Of a DNA stretch of 64,000 nucleotides, positions 25,921 through 40,200 are shown one piece after another. Made by a program: the position numbers and the translations under genes. Position 1 is the stretch's first letter. Each line of letters begins with the position of its first letter. The stretch comes from Nemertoderma westbladi (Eukaryota > Animalia > Xenacoelomorpha). The notes beneath the pieces are model-generated. The model worked only from the letters and a program-made list of their open reading frames with translations. It searched no databases and was not told the DNA's origin. The DNA lies in assembly GCA_032718475.1 (NCBI GenBank), contig JAUCBJ010002727.1, forward strand, positions 1-64,000. Reading direction: 5' to 3'.

Positions 25921-26498
25921 CTTTATTTACCGAGCGTCAGCGACAGCGAGGTTAGTAATTGGTCGAGAGAATATTGAAAAAAAATTGTTCTATGTTTTTT
26001 TCCTATGTTATTTACCTAATTTTATTCTTAAATTGGAACTTTTTTGTTGCTCAATTCTTTAATAAAATAATCCTTAATAACGATATAGTTGCAATAACTT
26101 TTAGGTGTGTGAATGGATTTGGCTCAAATTACTTACAAACCTTTTCTACTTCGATGCTCTTAAAACACATGTAATAAAATTTATGAAATTCGAGTTTCCT
26201 ACAAAAATATTTTATTTTACTTGTTTCGCCGGGAAAAAAGTAAAATCAATGCAATCCTATGGGTTACTAATTGTCCCAAGGGGAAAAAAATTTTGGGATA
26301 TATTATATTCGAGCGAAAAAGTTACAATTTATGAATAAAATTAACATTAAAATATTTCGTTAAAATTGTAATGAATTTCAAACTAAATGTTATCTTCAGA
26401 AGGAATTTTTTTAGTAGCGAGTTATAAATGTTACAATTAATAAAAGACACTTCCATGTCATTAAAACACCTCGACCACAACTTGCACAACTAGCCATT
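25921..26498 (+). mobile_element. Possible Helentron-associated (DINE-1/HINE-like) non-autonomous element
   Basis: T-rich ends, short subterminal inverted match cgaggt/acctcg, and core gaatggatttggctcaaatt. Pattern resemblance only. Confidence 0.35.
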
Positions 26499-26502
26499 TA
26501 TA

Positions 26503-26914
26503 AACGATAATTAATGTTTATGCAATAGGTAGGCCTAATTATAAAACTAACGATAATTAATGTTTATGCAATAGGTAGGCCTAATTATAAAACTAACGAT
26601 AATTAATGTTTATGCAATAGGTAGGCCTAATTATAAAACTAACGATAATTAATGTTTATGCAATAGGTAGGCCTAATTATAAAACTAACGATAATTAATG
26701 TTTATGCAATAGGTAGGCCTAATTATAAAACTAACGATAATTAATGTTTATGCAATAGGTAGGCCTAATTATAAAACTAACGATAATTAATGTTTATGCA
26801 ATAGGTAGGCCTAATTATAAAACTAATGATAATTAATGTTTATGCAATAGGTAGGCCTAATTATAAAACTAATGATAATTAATGTTTATGCAATAGGTAG
26901 GCCTAATTATAAAA
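26503..26914. repeat. 46-bp tandem repeat, about 9 copies
   Basis: Unit aacgataattaatgtttatgcaataggtaggcctaattataaaact. Confidence 0.97.
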
Positions 26915-27411
26915 TGTGTTAAAACATTTAAATGGTCGAAAAATAATGTTCCGATAACTTAACGTTAATTTATTGTTTCATATCGGTAAGTCGCATCCAA
27001 TTCTTAAATATATCAAAAATTACCCGATATATTAAGGAAACTGCTGATGCCAAAAACTTATACAATTACACAACAACAATTGCATTGCATAATGAAATTG
27101 GGCTTAGTGTATTTATTTTAGGTGTAATGGACTGATTTGTTTTAGTTCAAAAACCACAATAGTTGATGATATAACCAGTCAATTTTTGGGTGCGAGTGTT
27201 TTTTGAGTTCGACGAATTAGATGGGCGAGTTACATTTCTCTGCTTAGCGTTTAGTAAAGAAGTTGTTTGAATAACCTTCCTATATTACATATTGAGCGAT
27301 ATTATTATTATTATAAATAATTATTAAATTAACTCATCATACTGTCATATATTTCACAAATAACTTTCATTAAGTCACCTCATTGCTCACAATGTCAATA
27401 CTCCAATGTAA

Positions 27412-29127
27412 TTAAGTATATTTAGGATAATCCGGACTCACGCTACATATCATAGCGGCGAGAGCGTCAACGGAATGGGAATCGGCGCTGGAGTCCGACA
27501 TGAAACAATCTTCGTCGCGAGAGGAATGTGAGCGACGCGGAGTATCCGAAGAGAGATCCCAATCGTGGAGAAATCCGGGGGAATTAAACTGAGCGGGACG
27601 CCGTCGGAATATCGGGTAGATAAACTCGGAACCGGATTCCGGGAGAGTGTAGGAGTCGTATGGGAAGAAGGACAGCATATCGACGACAGAGTTGTAAACA
27701 CTGTCGTTTATCGGAGAGGTATCAGTCAGTCGTTTATTTGATTCGATAATCGCGTGGCAGAAAACGATCTGGTAGATTCGGGTGACATTCGCGAAAGCCT
27801 CGACTAGGCTGGGGTTGAGAACGCGGAGAGGGTTGAGTTTACAGTCTATAAGTCGTGAGATACGGAGACCCTGGCAGAATGTTCGGTTGCTCGGGGATTC
27901 GAGGAGTTCTCTGTGTCGGTAGATTACCACATAGAACACGGCTTGGCAAAGCCCATAGAAGGCGGCGTGGGTCACAGGGTCACAGTTGCTACAGACAACG
28001 GCGTCGAGGTATTTGTGCAGCCAGTTAGTGGCCACGGTAAGGGCGTCCTTAACGAGAGTAGACGGGAGGAACTCGGCTCGAGCTAATAAACCGCCGAGGT
28101 ATCCGCTGCACGTCAATCTGAGGTTCCTACTGTTCGATACGTTCTGGAACTCGCTCAACAGACTGTCTACAAACAGTTCCGCCAAGTTCCTATGGAAACT
28201 AGACAAGTAGAACCAAACAAACTGTATGTGGCTCAGGTTGTGTGCGGTTAGGATTTTAGCTTCGAAAGTAACCCGTAGAGCGTCGTAGAGTTTGCGACAA
28301 TTTATTGGCACAACTTGGCCCTCGCGGTTCAATAACCGCTTCTTTATGTAACAGAAAATAAGGGCTATTAGTTTATCCTGGGTTACCAAGTTCCCGGTAC
28401 GTTTGGACGTGTCACCCGTATTCGGGTTGTAAGGTTCAATATCGATATCCATCTGGAATTGGACAGATTCTAAATTATCCGAAGGGTTGAAAGAAAACTC
28501 ACTTGTGGAAAAAGGAGGCGATTTCTTTATTGGAACTCGATTTTCCATAACTAAACATTTATCGATGATGAGGTCTATAATATCGTTCTCTCGATGGGGT
28601 AAATACGTCATTATTCGAATTAAGTTCGAAGCGTAACAAACTTGAGTAGCAGTGGGGCGATTCATGAAAGGATACATTGTTTTAATTAGGCGATATAAAG
28701 TCTGCTCAGATGCTGGAGATGTTTCCACGATCAAACCGATTGTTTCGTGTATAATATCCAACGATGCTTCCAGACAACTGTTTATGTCTACCGATAAACA
28801 CGAAAAATAACCAACCAACTTTTTAATACACATTTCGCAGCGCCCGGTTTCACTTAATAGTTTTAAAAAGTTTTGAAACGCGGCGACAACGTTCTGTTCG
28901 TACTTCGTCCATTCAACAGATAAAACCGCCGGTATTATCTTGTCATAATTAGGATGGGAAATGTTTTCGGAAAGGGCCAATATAATAGTGTTTAATTGGC
29001 AGCCTGTTAAGCCTTCTTCTCTGAGGATATTAACCAATTTCTTTAAAGCAACGTCTGAACCAGTTTTCATAGTTTCAATCATGCTAAGAATTTCGGCAGC
29101 AGTATTATCGGTATCCGTCGCCATCAT
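27412..29127 (-). CDS. RRN3: RNA polymerase I transcription initiation factor RRN3/TIF-IA, single-ORF gene
   Basis: Motifs HIQFVWFY, YLGGLLARA, HAAFYGLCQAVFYVVIYRH, LNPLRVLNPSLVEAFA and FFPYDSYTL; 571 aa. Confidence 0.95.
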   Translation of the reverse strand: MMATDTDNTAAEILSMIETMKTGSDVALKKLVNILREEGLTGCQLNTIILALSENISHPNYDKIIPAVLSVEWTKYEQNVVAAFQNFLKLLSETGRCEMCIKKLVGYFSCLSVDINSCLEASLDIIHETIGLIVETSPASEQTLYRLIKTMYPFMNRPTATQVCYASNLIRIMTYLPHRENDIIDLIIDKCLVMENRVPIKKSPPFSTSEFSFNPSDNLESVQFQMDIDIEPYNPNTGDTSKRTGNLVTQDKLIALIFCYIKKRLLNREGQVVPINCRKLYDALRVTFEAKILTAHNLSHIQFVWFYLSSFHRNLAELFVDSLLSEFQNVSNSRNLRLTCSGYLGGLLARAEFLPSTLVKDALTVATNWLHKYLDAVVCSNCDPVTHAAFYGLCQAVFYVVIYRHRELLESPSNRTFCQGLRISRLIDCKLNPLRVLNPSLVEAFANVTRIYQIVFCHAIIESNKRLTDTSPINDSVYNSVVDMLSFFPYDSYTLPESGSEFIYPIFRRRPAQFNSPGFLHDWDLSSDTPRRSHSSRDEDCFMSDSSADSHSVDALAAMICSVSPDYPKYT

Positions 29128-30942
29128 CTATTGCAGCTTAATATAAGAACATACCGTAAACATAAAGTGGTAACGGAACGCAGTACCGGTAGACTAATGT
29201 TATAGAAAATATAAAAACAAACTATAATGTTCAACATGTAACCCTGGCAACATGGTTTGCGCTTGGCCTAATTCCGTAAATCCTGTATAGGTCTATAATA
29301 TCTATCTGTCAATAAACTGATAAAGGCCAACAACACATGTGGATTAACGTGTTTCAGGGCCTCCACCTGCACTGTACCGGTACTGTATGTAGTTGTACAG
29401 AAGTACTGGTGCAGTGTTCTGTAACCTGCTCCTTTCCCTCAATTGGTAAAGTGGCCGTTTATTGTTTTGGTTATAAAAGCCTGCCTCTGTCAGTCTGTAA
29501 CCTGCTCCTTTCCCTTAATTGGTTTATGAGGCCTCCAGTATTACTGTATTATGTCTGTATGTGGAGGCCCCCAAACACGTTAATCCCAATAGGCCTACAT
29601 GGGCTACATGCATGGTGATGGTGGTATTATGGTTGGTACACGTGCAGTTGATACGTCGAACTCGAACTGTACGCGCTTTTGAAGACCTTTAGCAGTTTAA
29701 CCTGCCAAAATTTATATGTCTTTTGATTTATAAATATACTTTAGAAGATGACAAATATTTAATACCAATAAACAAAACATTAGCAGAAGCCAGCCTAGTG
29801 CGCGTCCATTCACCCGCTGGATAATCCCGGGAGGCTGGATTCTGTCGGCTTAGATTATTATTGCAGTGAAGCTTACGGTATTGTATTATTCGATTGATCG
29901 TTAATAATTAATTTCTGACTAATATTATTCACTTTCGGGAAATATTAACAGTTCCTTTTAGGACGTGGCGCTCTATCTAAGTAAACAGAGATATGACTTA
30001 TACTAATCACAACGGTAAGTCGGTAAGGCTTATGATTCACGTATGAGGCGCATTCTTTAGGAAATGCTTAGTTATCAGCCACAATCATGCACACCACCGG
30101 TAACGCACAATACTGCTCACTAATTTGCCGACCGTCAATGAATTTTATCATATATAAAGAGAATAGCAACGGACTCATGTAGGGCTTATCAAATAGCATT
30201 AAATTCAATACACACCACAATAATATAAGTCGCAATCGCTATATATATAACCCGCCTCTCTAACCTGTAGTGTATCAAGAAAATTGGGAAATTTGGGTTC
30301 TTTATAAATGTTCTCCAAATAATATTCAATCCACTGATATAAGATATGACAACAGTAAAACATTAAGACGGTAGGTTAAGATATGATATGCACTGATATG
30401 GACCGATATGTGAGTTGTTATGAACCGATAACAGTCATACGCTCTATAATCTTAAGCCTACTAATGTTTCTTTCTAGAGCCGTTGTTTCTGGCTTAGACA
30501 GCAATAACAACAAAGTATCAGTAAAAAACTGTAAGACTGAACAATCCCAGTATGATCGGCTCAAAGCTCCACATCGACAGAGAGAATCGCTCTGATTGGC
30601 TGAAGCCAAACAAAGAACCATGCGTCCAATGGCTGTTTCCATTTAAGCAACCAGCTGCTAGATGTCGTAATCTGAATCATCACGGCTAAGCTGTGTAAAA
30701 GTATTTGCCGTATTGCGGGTTTTTTGCCTTACCATGTCCGCTAAAACACGTATATAGCAGAATGACTTTTATGTCCGTTAAAACACCTGTAACGGTACCT
30801 TGAGGGCGAGGGGAATATATATACAGTTAGAGAACCTTTTTAGAGTATTCCAGCGCCTGGGGGGAAACTGGATTGCGAAGCAAAGGGGCCAGTTATATCC
30901 CACAGAAGCTTTTACACCGCTCCCAGAAAATGGGATTTGAGT

Positions 30943-31887
30943 CTATAAAATATACGAAATCACAGTTTCTAATATACGTAAATACTCTAAACAGTTAATC
31001 TTTCTTGCGCGGACGGCGTTTACGCAGTTTTTTAAAGCTAGCCAGAGTCTTTTCTCTTTGGGGCGAGCCACTTTACAAGGAGTGCTATAACTCCTGGGTG
31101 AAGGGTGCAATATGATTGCATCAGAGGGTGTAGGATCATGGTCGGTGTATCCGCCAGTCGAAGTGCCGGGTTGATTGACATCAACGTCGGGGGAGAGGGG
31201 TCTAACGGCCTTGAGAGCGCGTTTTAGGATGGCCGCTCTTACGGGTCCTTTACGAGTGGTCTGAACGAGAGCCGTGGGTGGACCATAGGCAGTTAGAAAC
31301 CTCCGGGGTTTAATGGTCCTTTCCAACTCGCGTTCGCGGGCTCGGTATTCGTAAGGCCGTCGATATACTTCCTGTAACTCGGGGTGTGAGTTAACAAACA
31401 AGTCTCCATAGTCCGGATCCTGACGGATATAATTGATTAAGTTATAGGAATGAAGGTCGCTAGGATTAACACTCCTGAGAAATTTGCGTACTAATTTGGT
31501 TGAAATACATTCTCCGACGCGCTTCAGTAGTTCGTAACTCGATATGCGTGATTTCTGTTCGACAGAAGCGAATAGATAAGGATGGAACGCATAAATTCCT
31601 TCGTAAGCGCGTCCAGGATAATAACGATGGCACGAATCACAATGTAAATCAGCGTTCGCTTCCCAAGCTCTGATGTAACGTAGTGTGATCATTTCATCTA
31701 CGCTTTCCAAATCGTGATTAAAAGGGCAATCGAAACTGGCGTGTCCCTTTAGTTGACAATGGTGACATTGAGTCATAAATTGAGGGCAAACCGCAAAAAC
31801 GTGCAAATTATTAAATCTGCAATACGCGCAATAAATTTCCATCGCCGGTTGTTCGTGGAAATAGGAACAGCGGACGTTTGTGTCCAT
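30943..31887 (-). CDS. Accessory ORF-B (CCHC zinc-knuckle protein) of element 2, N-terminally deleted
   Basis: Clear homologue of 59637-61355; homology extends upstream to about 32075; the stop lies just before the PPT. Confidence 0.8.
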   Translation of the reverse strand: MDTNVRCSYFHEQPAMEIYCAYCRFNNLHVFAVCPQFMTQCHHCQLKGHASFDCPFNHDLESVDEMITLRYIRAWEANADLHCDSCHRYYPGRAYEGIYAFHPYLFASVEQKSRISSYELLKRVGECISTKLVRKFLRSVNPSDLHSYNLINYIRQDPDYGDLFVNSHPELQEVYRRPYEYRARERELERTIKPRRFLTAYGPPTALVQTTRKGPVRAAILKRALKAVRPLSPDVDVNQPGTSTGGYTDHDPTPSDAIILHPSPRSYSTPCKVARPKEKRLWLALKNCVNAVRARKINCLEYLRILETVISYIL

Positions 31888-32043
31888 GGGCGTAACATGG
31901 TCTCTCGATGCGCATAACCGACAACGTTGCCGAGAAACATAGTTGTCATGGCGATAATCGTACGCAGTGAGACACTGTGGACCTTGATACCATTCTAGGA
32001 TGTAATCGTTGTCGCTGTTCCGAGCGCGATAGGCTGAATCTCC

Positions 32044-32442
32044 TCAGATTCTAGGCATATTGGTTCGTCTTCCCAGTCTGTTACGAATATAATTTTCGTG
32101 ATCTATTCTCGATTTATCGTTACGACGCCGCTGGGTATGATATTTAAATAGAACCATTTCCCTTTCGGTGTCTACATCGTCCGTATCATGTAAATCGATA
32201 GGATGGCCGGTAGTTAGGAGGTCCATATACGTATTATTACGATGCGTATAGCGAGCGGTGGATTTTCGATAGTCCAATTCACGCGCAAGTTGCTCTTGGG
32301 ACATCGGCGGTTCGATATAACGACCATCGTCCTCCGTAATGGTTGGATCGGCTTCACCGCGTATTAAGCTATCCACAAATGCTTGCAAAGGTAGAGTATA
32401 TCGCTCCCTAATACCAAGATCATCTTCTATCAACTCCGTCAT
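32044..32442 (-). CDS. Accessory ORF-A of element 2, unknown function, C-terminus cut by a deletion
   Basis: Nearly identical protein to 58452-58892 (MTELIEDDLGIRERYTLPLQAFVDSL...). Confidence 0.75.
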   Translation of the reverse strand: MTELIEDDLGIRERYTLPLQAFVDSLIRGEADPTITEDDGRYIEPPMSQEQLARELDYRKSTARYTHRNNTYMDLLTTGHPIDLHDTDDVDTEREMVLFKYHTQRRRNDKSRIDHENYIRNRLGRRTNMPRI

Positions 32443-34068
32443 ATCTGCTATCTGAGTTTATAAATATCAAATGAGTTTATATTTAGGCGAGCGGGCGTCG
32501 CTGCCTACTTCTCTTTGCCCCCGGACAGTGGGATTCTCAGCGCCGATGTACCGTCGTCGCGGTGTTTACGCCAACATGTAGCAACATCACGACAACGATA
32601 ACCGGCACAAGTCACTCCACTGTCCGTCCCAAAGGCTTGAATCCACTTTAGGTTCTTTCTATAGGAGAGTTGGGCTACTTTCACAATTGCGACTAGCTAC
32701 TGTAAACACACCTTAGCAGTAACATTCACCTATAAACGCACAAATTCCACACAACTGTCACCAATTGTACACATACAGGCCATTTGTCCGTTAGTCAGTG
32801 CCTTCCAGAATGTCACGTTATTACTGTGTATCCTTGGATACTAACAGTGTGCTATATTCTCTATGCGATGCAATGGGACAAGCTTTCTGTTGTTCTTTTA
32901 ACTTATTTCTAATTCTAGCGTGGGTGTTGCTATGGTGACATTATGGAATGCTAGCGGTAGAATTAGGGTAATTCTCATGCATACAGATCTGGGATGCTAT
33001 TTAATAATAATTCTTTAATTGTCAATATTCTCTTTATGCATGATTTTATTAATTTTATCGGCTATTGACTATATGTTGGAGATTCTCGCACTCTAATACA
33101 GTCAATAGGATGAATCTCCGCTCCCATGATCTATTAATTAATGGAATTTTGGGAATATTATAAATTGTACAAAATGACAATTTATGAAATTCATTTTAAA
33201 ATATGAATTTAAATTTATTCCCGTGAATTTTATTATTTGATGTTAAAATTGACACAATTTGATTCCAGAGCAGGTCTGGGGACATAGGATCCTTAATTCT
33301 ATGAAATTTGTCTTTTAAGAGTATCGGTAAGTGCTACAATACCTTAATTGACTAGAAATTTAAAGGATCTGAATTTTACAGATTTTACTAAATATTAAAT
33401 TAATATTTAAGATGGGCACCGATTTATTCCAGAGCTTGTCTGGGGACGTTAACCACTGATTCTAGAATTTGCCTTTCAAGTATATCGGTGGGTGCCACGA
33501 TATCTTAATCGACTAGAATTACAGATGGTCAAAAAGTTTAACAGATTTATTTGCGTTTTACGCTACTGTTATATGGACATCACGCTACTATATGTATTAT
33601 TTAATATAAGGTAGAAGAGCAATATCGCACGAAGCAATGTCAGTGTGAAGAGGCAAGTCGTTTCCAAGGTCTACCCAGAGCTTGGTTTAGCCGAGACACG
33701 AGGATCTGAATTTTGCATTCCTAATACTCTGCCTACCAATAATACTTGAATATAGTAGTGGCTTTATTGTACTTTAATAAGTACGGACATTTCATCTTAC
33801 TGTAGTCACGTATTTATAATATGATACGGACAGTAAGGAAAGAGAAAAAATAATTATTTCTCGCCGTCGCACTAAATATATTATAAGTAATTACGTACGT
33901 AATAAACACTAATATATTGCACTAATCTACTAAATAATCACTAAAATAACATTCTACTAAATAAAATTAAAGAAAACGATTATAATAAAATTACATAATA
34001 ATACATACATAAATATAAAATAAAAACAAATATAAAATGATATAGTCACACGCCCACTCCATATGTTA

Positions 34069-37000
34069 TTACGTTATAGAGTCCCTAGATATTTGTTGGA
34101 TTAGGGAAGTGGTCGTAGGAAGAGTATCTTGCCTTCCATAGTTTCCGGACAGTTTTCGGTCTCTTTCCAGTAAACATAAACGACCAGCTGGGCGATTGAG
34201 TTGTTGTGTTACTTTCTCCGCTCCCTTGGCCTGTCTAATCTCCACCGGGGTAAGATGAGGAGGCCATTCTTCTTCTTCTTTACTTAAGAAGTCGGATCCA
34301 CCTAACCAGCCTGGAGTATCTATTAGTTCTTGAGGAGTTGCTCCTCTGGAAACGATGTCGGCTGGATTAATCGTCCCAAGGCAATGTCTCCATTGATCTA
34401 TATTGGAGTTAATATCGTCATTATCTGAGGAGTATGGTGTTCCCTCAGTTGGATCGTCTACATCACTGCTCTCCACTTCCCATTCCTTTACTTGGTATAC
34501 CTGTTGTTGAGGTAATCTCTCTTTGAGAGTTCTACGGGAAGGGCCAGTGAAGTACCAACCTACTCTAGTTCTTACCGCATAGGTTTGCAGTGGCTGCGGT
34601 TGAGCAGGCCGTTTCTCCAATGTCTCGAGCGCCTCATGCGCGTTTTGGCCGATGAGTATTTGCACTCCAGGATAATCTGTTTGGAATCGAGGTACCTTAA
34701 GATGTTGGATGCTCTCATCTTCGTCCCAATTATATAGGTCTGCTTGAGTAGTAGCGAAGTTCTTTATAGCCACCATTTTTACCGACCTGATACCTTGTGA
34801 TCCTGATTTATCCTGGGGAGTGGACAACACACCTACATAGTAATCTGCCGCTAGGGTAGATTTCCAAACCTGCATGATTCCTGACATATTCAACTTAGTT
34901 CGGAATTTGGGTTGTCCAGCAAAGATGTCCTCGGCTAGTTCTTGATCGATGAATGTTCCTGTACTGCCGGAGTCAAGGAGGGCATTCACTATGTAACTTT
35001 TGTTAGGACCCTGAACTCTTACCTGCACTACAGGAAATTCTCTGATTCCTACGTTGGAAGTTGAAGGTTTCCAGGATGGTTGTCTGTCAAAGTTAGTTGG
35101 GGAGAACTCATTGTCGGTGTCCTTTTCGTAAGTAAGTGCTCGATACACTGCGGTATTTATTAGGTAACAGGATTCGTTGGCGTCGGAGAATTCGTCCGTA
35201 TAGAATCCTTCCCACTCAGAACTTTGGTCAGTGTCGTTCACATCACTGAATTGGACATGTGATTTGGGCTCACTTACCTGACTCGGGCTGTTTCGTTCGA
35301 ATTCCGTGTGCAACAAGCTATGATGTTCCGCGCCGCACTTAGCACACCTTGCGTCAGAGTAACAGGTTCGCCGCTGGTGTCCGCGTCTGAGACAGTTATA
35401 GCATAACCGCTTATCCCACATGACTTCACGTCTGTCTACCAGGGATTTCTTTAGGAATTCCGCACACGCACTCAAACGGTGGGGCCCATCGCACAGCGCA
35501 CATTTTGGTTTAATGTTACTCACTTTACCTTGGGTAACGTTATGCACTCTCGTTCTTTCTTCGGGCTTTCTTCCGTGTACTCTGTTAGGAGACTGAGGAG
35601 GAGTCTTAGCAACCTGTTCTCTCCTGTCATGGGTTCGAGCTTTAGATTTACTTACGTCCTTTGAGGTCTTGTTAACATAGTAAAATTTCTCGGTGTCTTT
35701 CCCGCTGTCTTCTTCTTCAGAAGCTTGGCTTTCGCCGTCATCAGTATAACACACCGGTGTTACTCTTCTCCTAGAAACGGGTTTCTCACTTACCTTATTT
35801 TCCGATGTTTTCTCCCTGGACTGTTTTATAAGTTGTAGTTTTACTTCACCGTCTAAGAAGGACATAAGATCAGCCATGGTAGGTCCCCGTCTTTGTTGCT
35901 CATTCATATACAATACCTTCTTGTCCCAGCGTGTACTGTACATACTCCACCCTTTGGTAAAGTAGAGACAATGGCTCCAATAACCATGGAACTCTGGTAT
36001 TCATGAGACTTACCTAACCAATCCAATTGTCTGCAGATCTCCTGGATCTCATCGGAAAACTCTATGATCCCGCTACTAAGGAACTTTCGGGGGGCTACTA
36101 ATTTCGCATACAAATACTTAGCTATGTTATCCTTATTACCATACCTGATGTTTAATGTATCCCAGACTTGTCTTAATCCATCTGGATGTCCAATAAACTT
36201 TAACGCCATTAACTTGGGAGGTCCTTCCAAACATTTGATGAGGAATCTCAGTTTCTCTCCGTTAGATAGTACAGAGTTCTGTATGCTATCTTTGTAATAT
36301 TCGTTGAAAGGTAACCATTTCATCTCATCTCCATTGAATTTGACGATCTCTCCCACTTTGACCGCTTGGCGGGCTTCTGTTCTAGCCATCTGACGCGTAA
36401 AGCTTTCTTGGGCCATCGTGTTATTTAATATCGAATTATCGGTATATAAAGTTCTCGGATCATTATCAGGTCTATAGGGAATATCATTAATAACAGGTCT
36501 ATAATCACCCTTAATAGGGTTTGCTATAGGAGTTTCAACTTCACTAGCAGTATAGATGCGTGTAGGCTCCACACCTTGCGCATGTAATACTTCAGACCTA
36601 ACAGGTTGACACAATGTTACAGGGGGTATTGGTATGCCCTTTTGTATATTGACTAATTTGTCGCGTTCTAGCGCGATACTTTGCTGCACCTTTTGCAACT
36701 CTAACCTACTTTCCCTTACTGTTCCCTTGAGCTGCTGGACAGTCTCTTCCATTTCCCGGACCTGCTGAGAGGAGCACAAACAGTGTTCCCTCAGCTGCTC
36801 GAGCAGGAGACCCATCTCCCGTCGTCCCTCAGCTACCCACTCAACCGCCGAAGCGGGAGTCGCCAACGTAGTAGCGGGCGAGCGAGAGACGACGGGCGAT
36901 AAATTCTTGATATCTCGCTCGGCGTCCAGGACGGGTTCGGACTCGGGAACAGTCCTACTGGGCACAGGTAGTTTAGTACTGTACAAAGGGAATTTATAGG

Positions 37001-37271
37001 CAGGTTCTGGGAGTACAGGTGTCTCTATCTTTCTTTCCGCTTCTACTGTTGCCATTGCCTCTGCCGCCTTTCTTTCCGCTTCTGCTGTTGCCATTGTCTC
37101 TGCCACCTTTCTTTCCGCTTCTGCTGTTGCCATTGCCTCTGCCACCTTTCTTTTCGCCTTTGATGTTGCCATTGCCTCTGCCATCTTCCTTTCAAGACCC
37201 TGTCCAAGTCTAAGACTCATTCTAACACCTTCCAAAAGACTATCTGACAGTGCCCGTTTTGTGTCAGACAT
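34069..37271 (-). pseudogene. Gag-protease plus remnants of RNase H and integrase (element 2)
   Basis: Gag core, CCHC knuckles, LLDSGS protease. A 5-bp duplication (gtaca) frameshifts near 35935; RT and most of RNase H/integrase are deleted. Confidence 0.9.
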
Positions 37272-40200
37272 GTTTGTTTGTACAGTTGAATGCCTACTGC
37301 TATATTACAGTTAAAGCAAGTCTAGTAATTCAGTATCACTGTTAGCCTAGTAATTAATTACCGATACTGCTACTCAGTGTAGCGTGAAATATATATAATA
37401 TATTAGAATACCGGTATGCTTATAGTATATATATAAGTATTATTACAGACTAGATTTGTCACAGAGTACCGGTATATAATTTTAGCGCAAATATATATAA
37501 ATATATAATAGGCCTATCGTGAATACCGGTATGCAGCTTACACTTATAGTATATATAAGTATAATTATGGACTAGAATTAATTACAGAGTACCGGTATGA
37601 TTTCAGCTCAAATTTATAGAAATAAATATAATAAGCCTATGGTAAATACTGGTATGTCAATTATTTTAGAATAATTGAATTTCTGAATATTTTAGGGTTA
37701 CTTGGTTACTTTAACTTACTTTATTACCGTTATTTAAGCAGTAATCCAACTGATATTGAGACCTAGTTGTTGTATGGCAGGCCTACTATTTATAAATCGT
37801 TTGAGTTGATTTATAATATTTATATACCCGTTTAAAATGGGTTTTGTCAATATTTGAAATAAATGTTATTATTTCTGGGGGGAGTCACTACACAGAAGCT
37901 GTGCGCTCTCAGTGAAGTGCTATTTATTGGACACTAAAAACTGATAATTCTAATTTACCTAAGTTACTTAATACTACAAATTACATACAATTCGGGGTGA
38001 GATTACAATCTCTAAATAAACACAACAAAAATATTACGTACGAATTTTTAGGGTAATTTTACAGGAAGTCTACAAACCAGTCTAACAAAGGGTTAGATTT
38101 CTGGTTATTACAACTGACAGGGTACTACGGTATTTGAAATAATAAGTAGTAGTAAATATATTGCACTGTCCAGATAGGAAAATACCACCGCCTGACGACC
38201 TATAACCGTATCGCTATAGGTACTACGTTATGTATTACGGAGTGTTCCTACCTGTTAATTACAGCGGACTACCAGATCCAGCGTGCCTATTAACCACTTT
38301 ACAACACAAATATACTGCCTACACACTAATTACCTCGGAAAGCACTGTACACTAAACCCTAAATTAGATACAAGTACTGGTACAACAAATAATCAGTAGT
38401 TAAATATACTTGAACAGTTAAAAGAACCACGGCATCTGCTGGAGTGACTGGAGCACAAAGTCACCAGTCTTTACCTACGCCTAGCAGCCCGTGTAGTACC
38501 GGGGTTAATTTAACTATAACGGTATGTGTAACAAACACAATTACTGTAGGAATAAACTTGGGGACATGAATGTTGCGAATAATCGCATAAACTCTGAATA
38601 ATAAATATTACGCTACCCGTACAGAATACTCAAACAAAATACAGACCAAATGCTGGCAGACTACCACCAAGCCTAAATAAACTACTGTATGTGCAGATTC
38701 CAAAACGGTTAGTTAGTATGCGTTCTAACACGGTAGTACGACTTATTCTTTAAGAGGGGATTGACCTTACAGTTATGACTGCCCCAACTTACTAACTGGC
38801 ACTTTATCAGACAAACTCTACACAAGCAGCAATCTCTTCAGACCTAATAATAGCTAGACAACAATCTAGCCTACAAAATATCTGAGTAATAACTATTACG
38901 GTACCTGAACAGACCACACAAACAAACACAGGCCAAAACACTGGCAGAATACTGTCAAGCCTAAATAAACTACAGTATGTGCAGATTCCAAAATTGTTAG
39001 TTAGTATGCGTTCTAACACGGTAGTACGACTTATTCTTTAAGAGGGGATTGACCTTACAGCGATGGCTGCCCCAACTTACTAACTGGCACTCTATCGGAC
39101 AAACCCTACACACGCAGTAATCTCTCCAAACCCAACAACAATCCGACAACAGTCCGGCCTACAGTTATCCGAACAATCTGAGCAGACTTACACGTCTTCA
39201 GCTCAATATTAACTTACTAGGAAATAAAACTGACAGAAATAAGTAAACTATACAAAGGAATGAGGGGTGATCAATCCCTATTCCCCTGGCAGCCTACAAT
39301 ATACTATAGATCACAATCGAAATAATACTAATGTACTTCTGTACTTATACTGGAAGTACCGGTTAGAACAGTTGGGCCTACAGACCTACAGAAGTACCGG
39401 TTCTGATAGTTGGACCTACGGACCTACAGCAGTACCGGTTCTGGCAGTTGGGCCTACTGACCTACAGAAGTACCGGTTCAGGTTTACTGGTTGACCGGTA
39501 CTTTCAACTTTATTGCTTACTGCAATAAAGTCAATGACTGTTATTGTACGCGCTTTTGAAGACCTTTAGCAGTTTAACCTGCCAAAATTTATATGTCTTT
39601 TGATTTATAAATATACTTTAGAAGATGACAAATATTTAATACCAATAAACAAAACATTAGCAGAAGCCAGCCTAGTGCGCGTCCATTCACCCGCTGGATA
39701 ATCCCGGGAGGCTGGATTCTGTCGGCTTAGATTATTATTGCAGTGAAGCTTACGGTATTGTATTATTCGATTGATCGTTAATAATTAATTTCTGACTAAT
39801 ATTATTCACTTTCGGGAAATATTAACAGTTCCTTTTAGGACGTGGCGCTCTATCTAAGTAAACAGAGATATGACTTATACTAATCACAACGGTAAGTCGG
39901 TAAGGCTTATGATTCACGTATGAGGCGCATTCTTTAGGAAATGCTTAGTTATCAGCCACAATCATGCACACCACCGGTAACGCACAATACTGCTCACTAA
40001 TTTGCCGACCGTCAATGAATTTTATCATATATAAAGAGAATAGCAACGGACTCATGTAGGGCTTATCAAATAGCATTAAATTCAATACACACCACAATAA
40101 TATAAGTCGCAATCGCTATATATATAACCCGCCTCTCTAACCTGTAGTGTATCAAGAAAATTGGGAAATTTGGGTTCTTTATAAATGTTCTCCAAATAAT

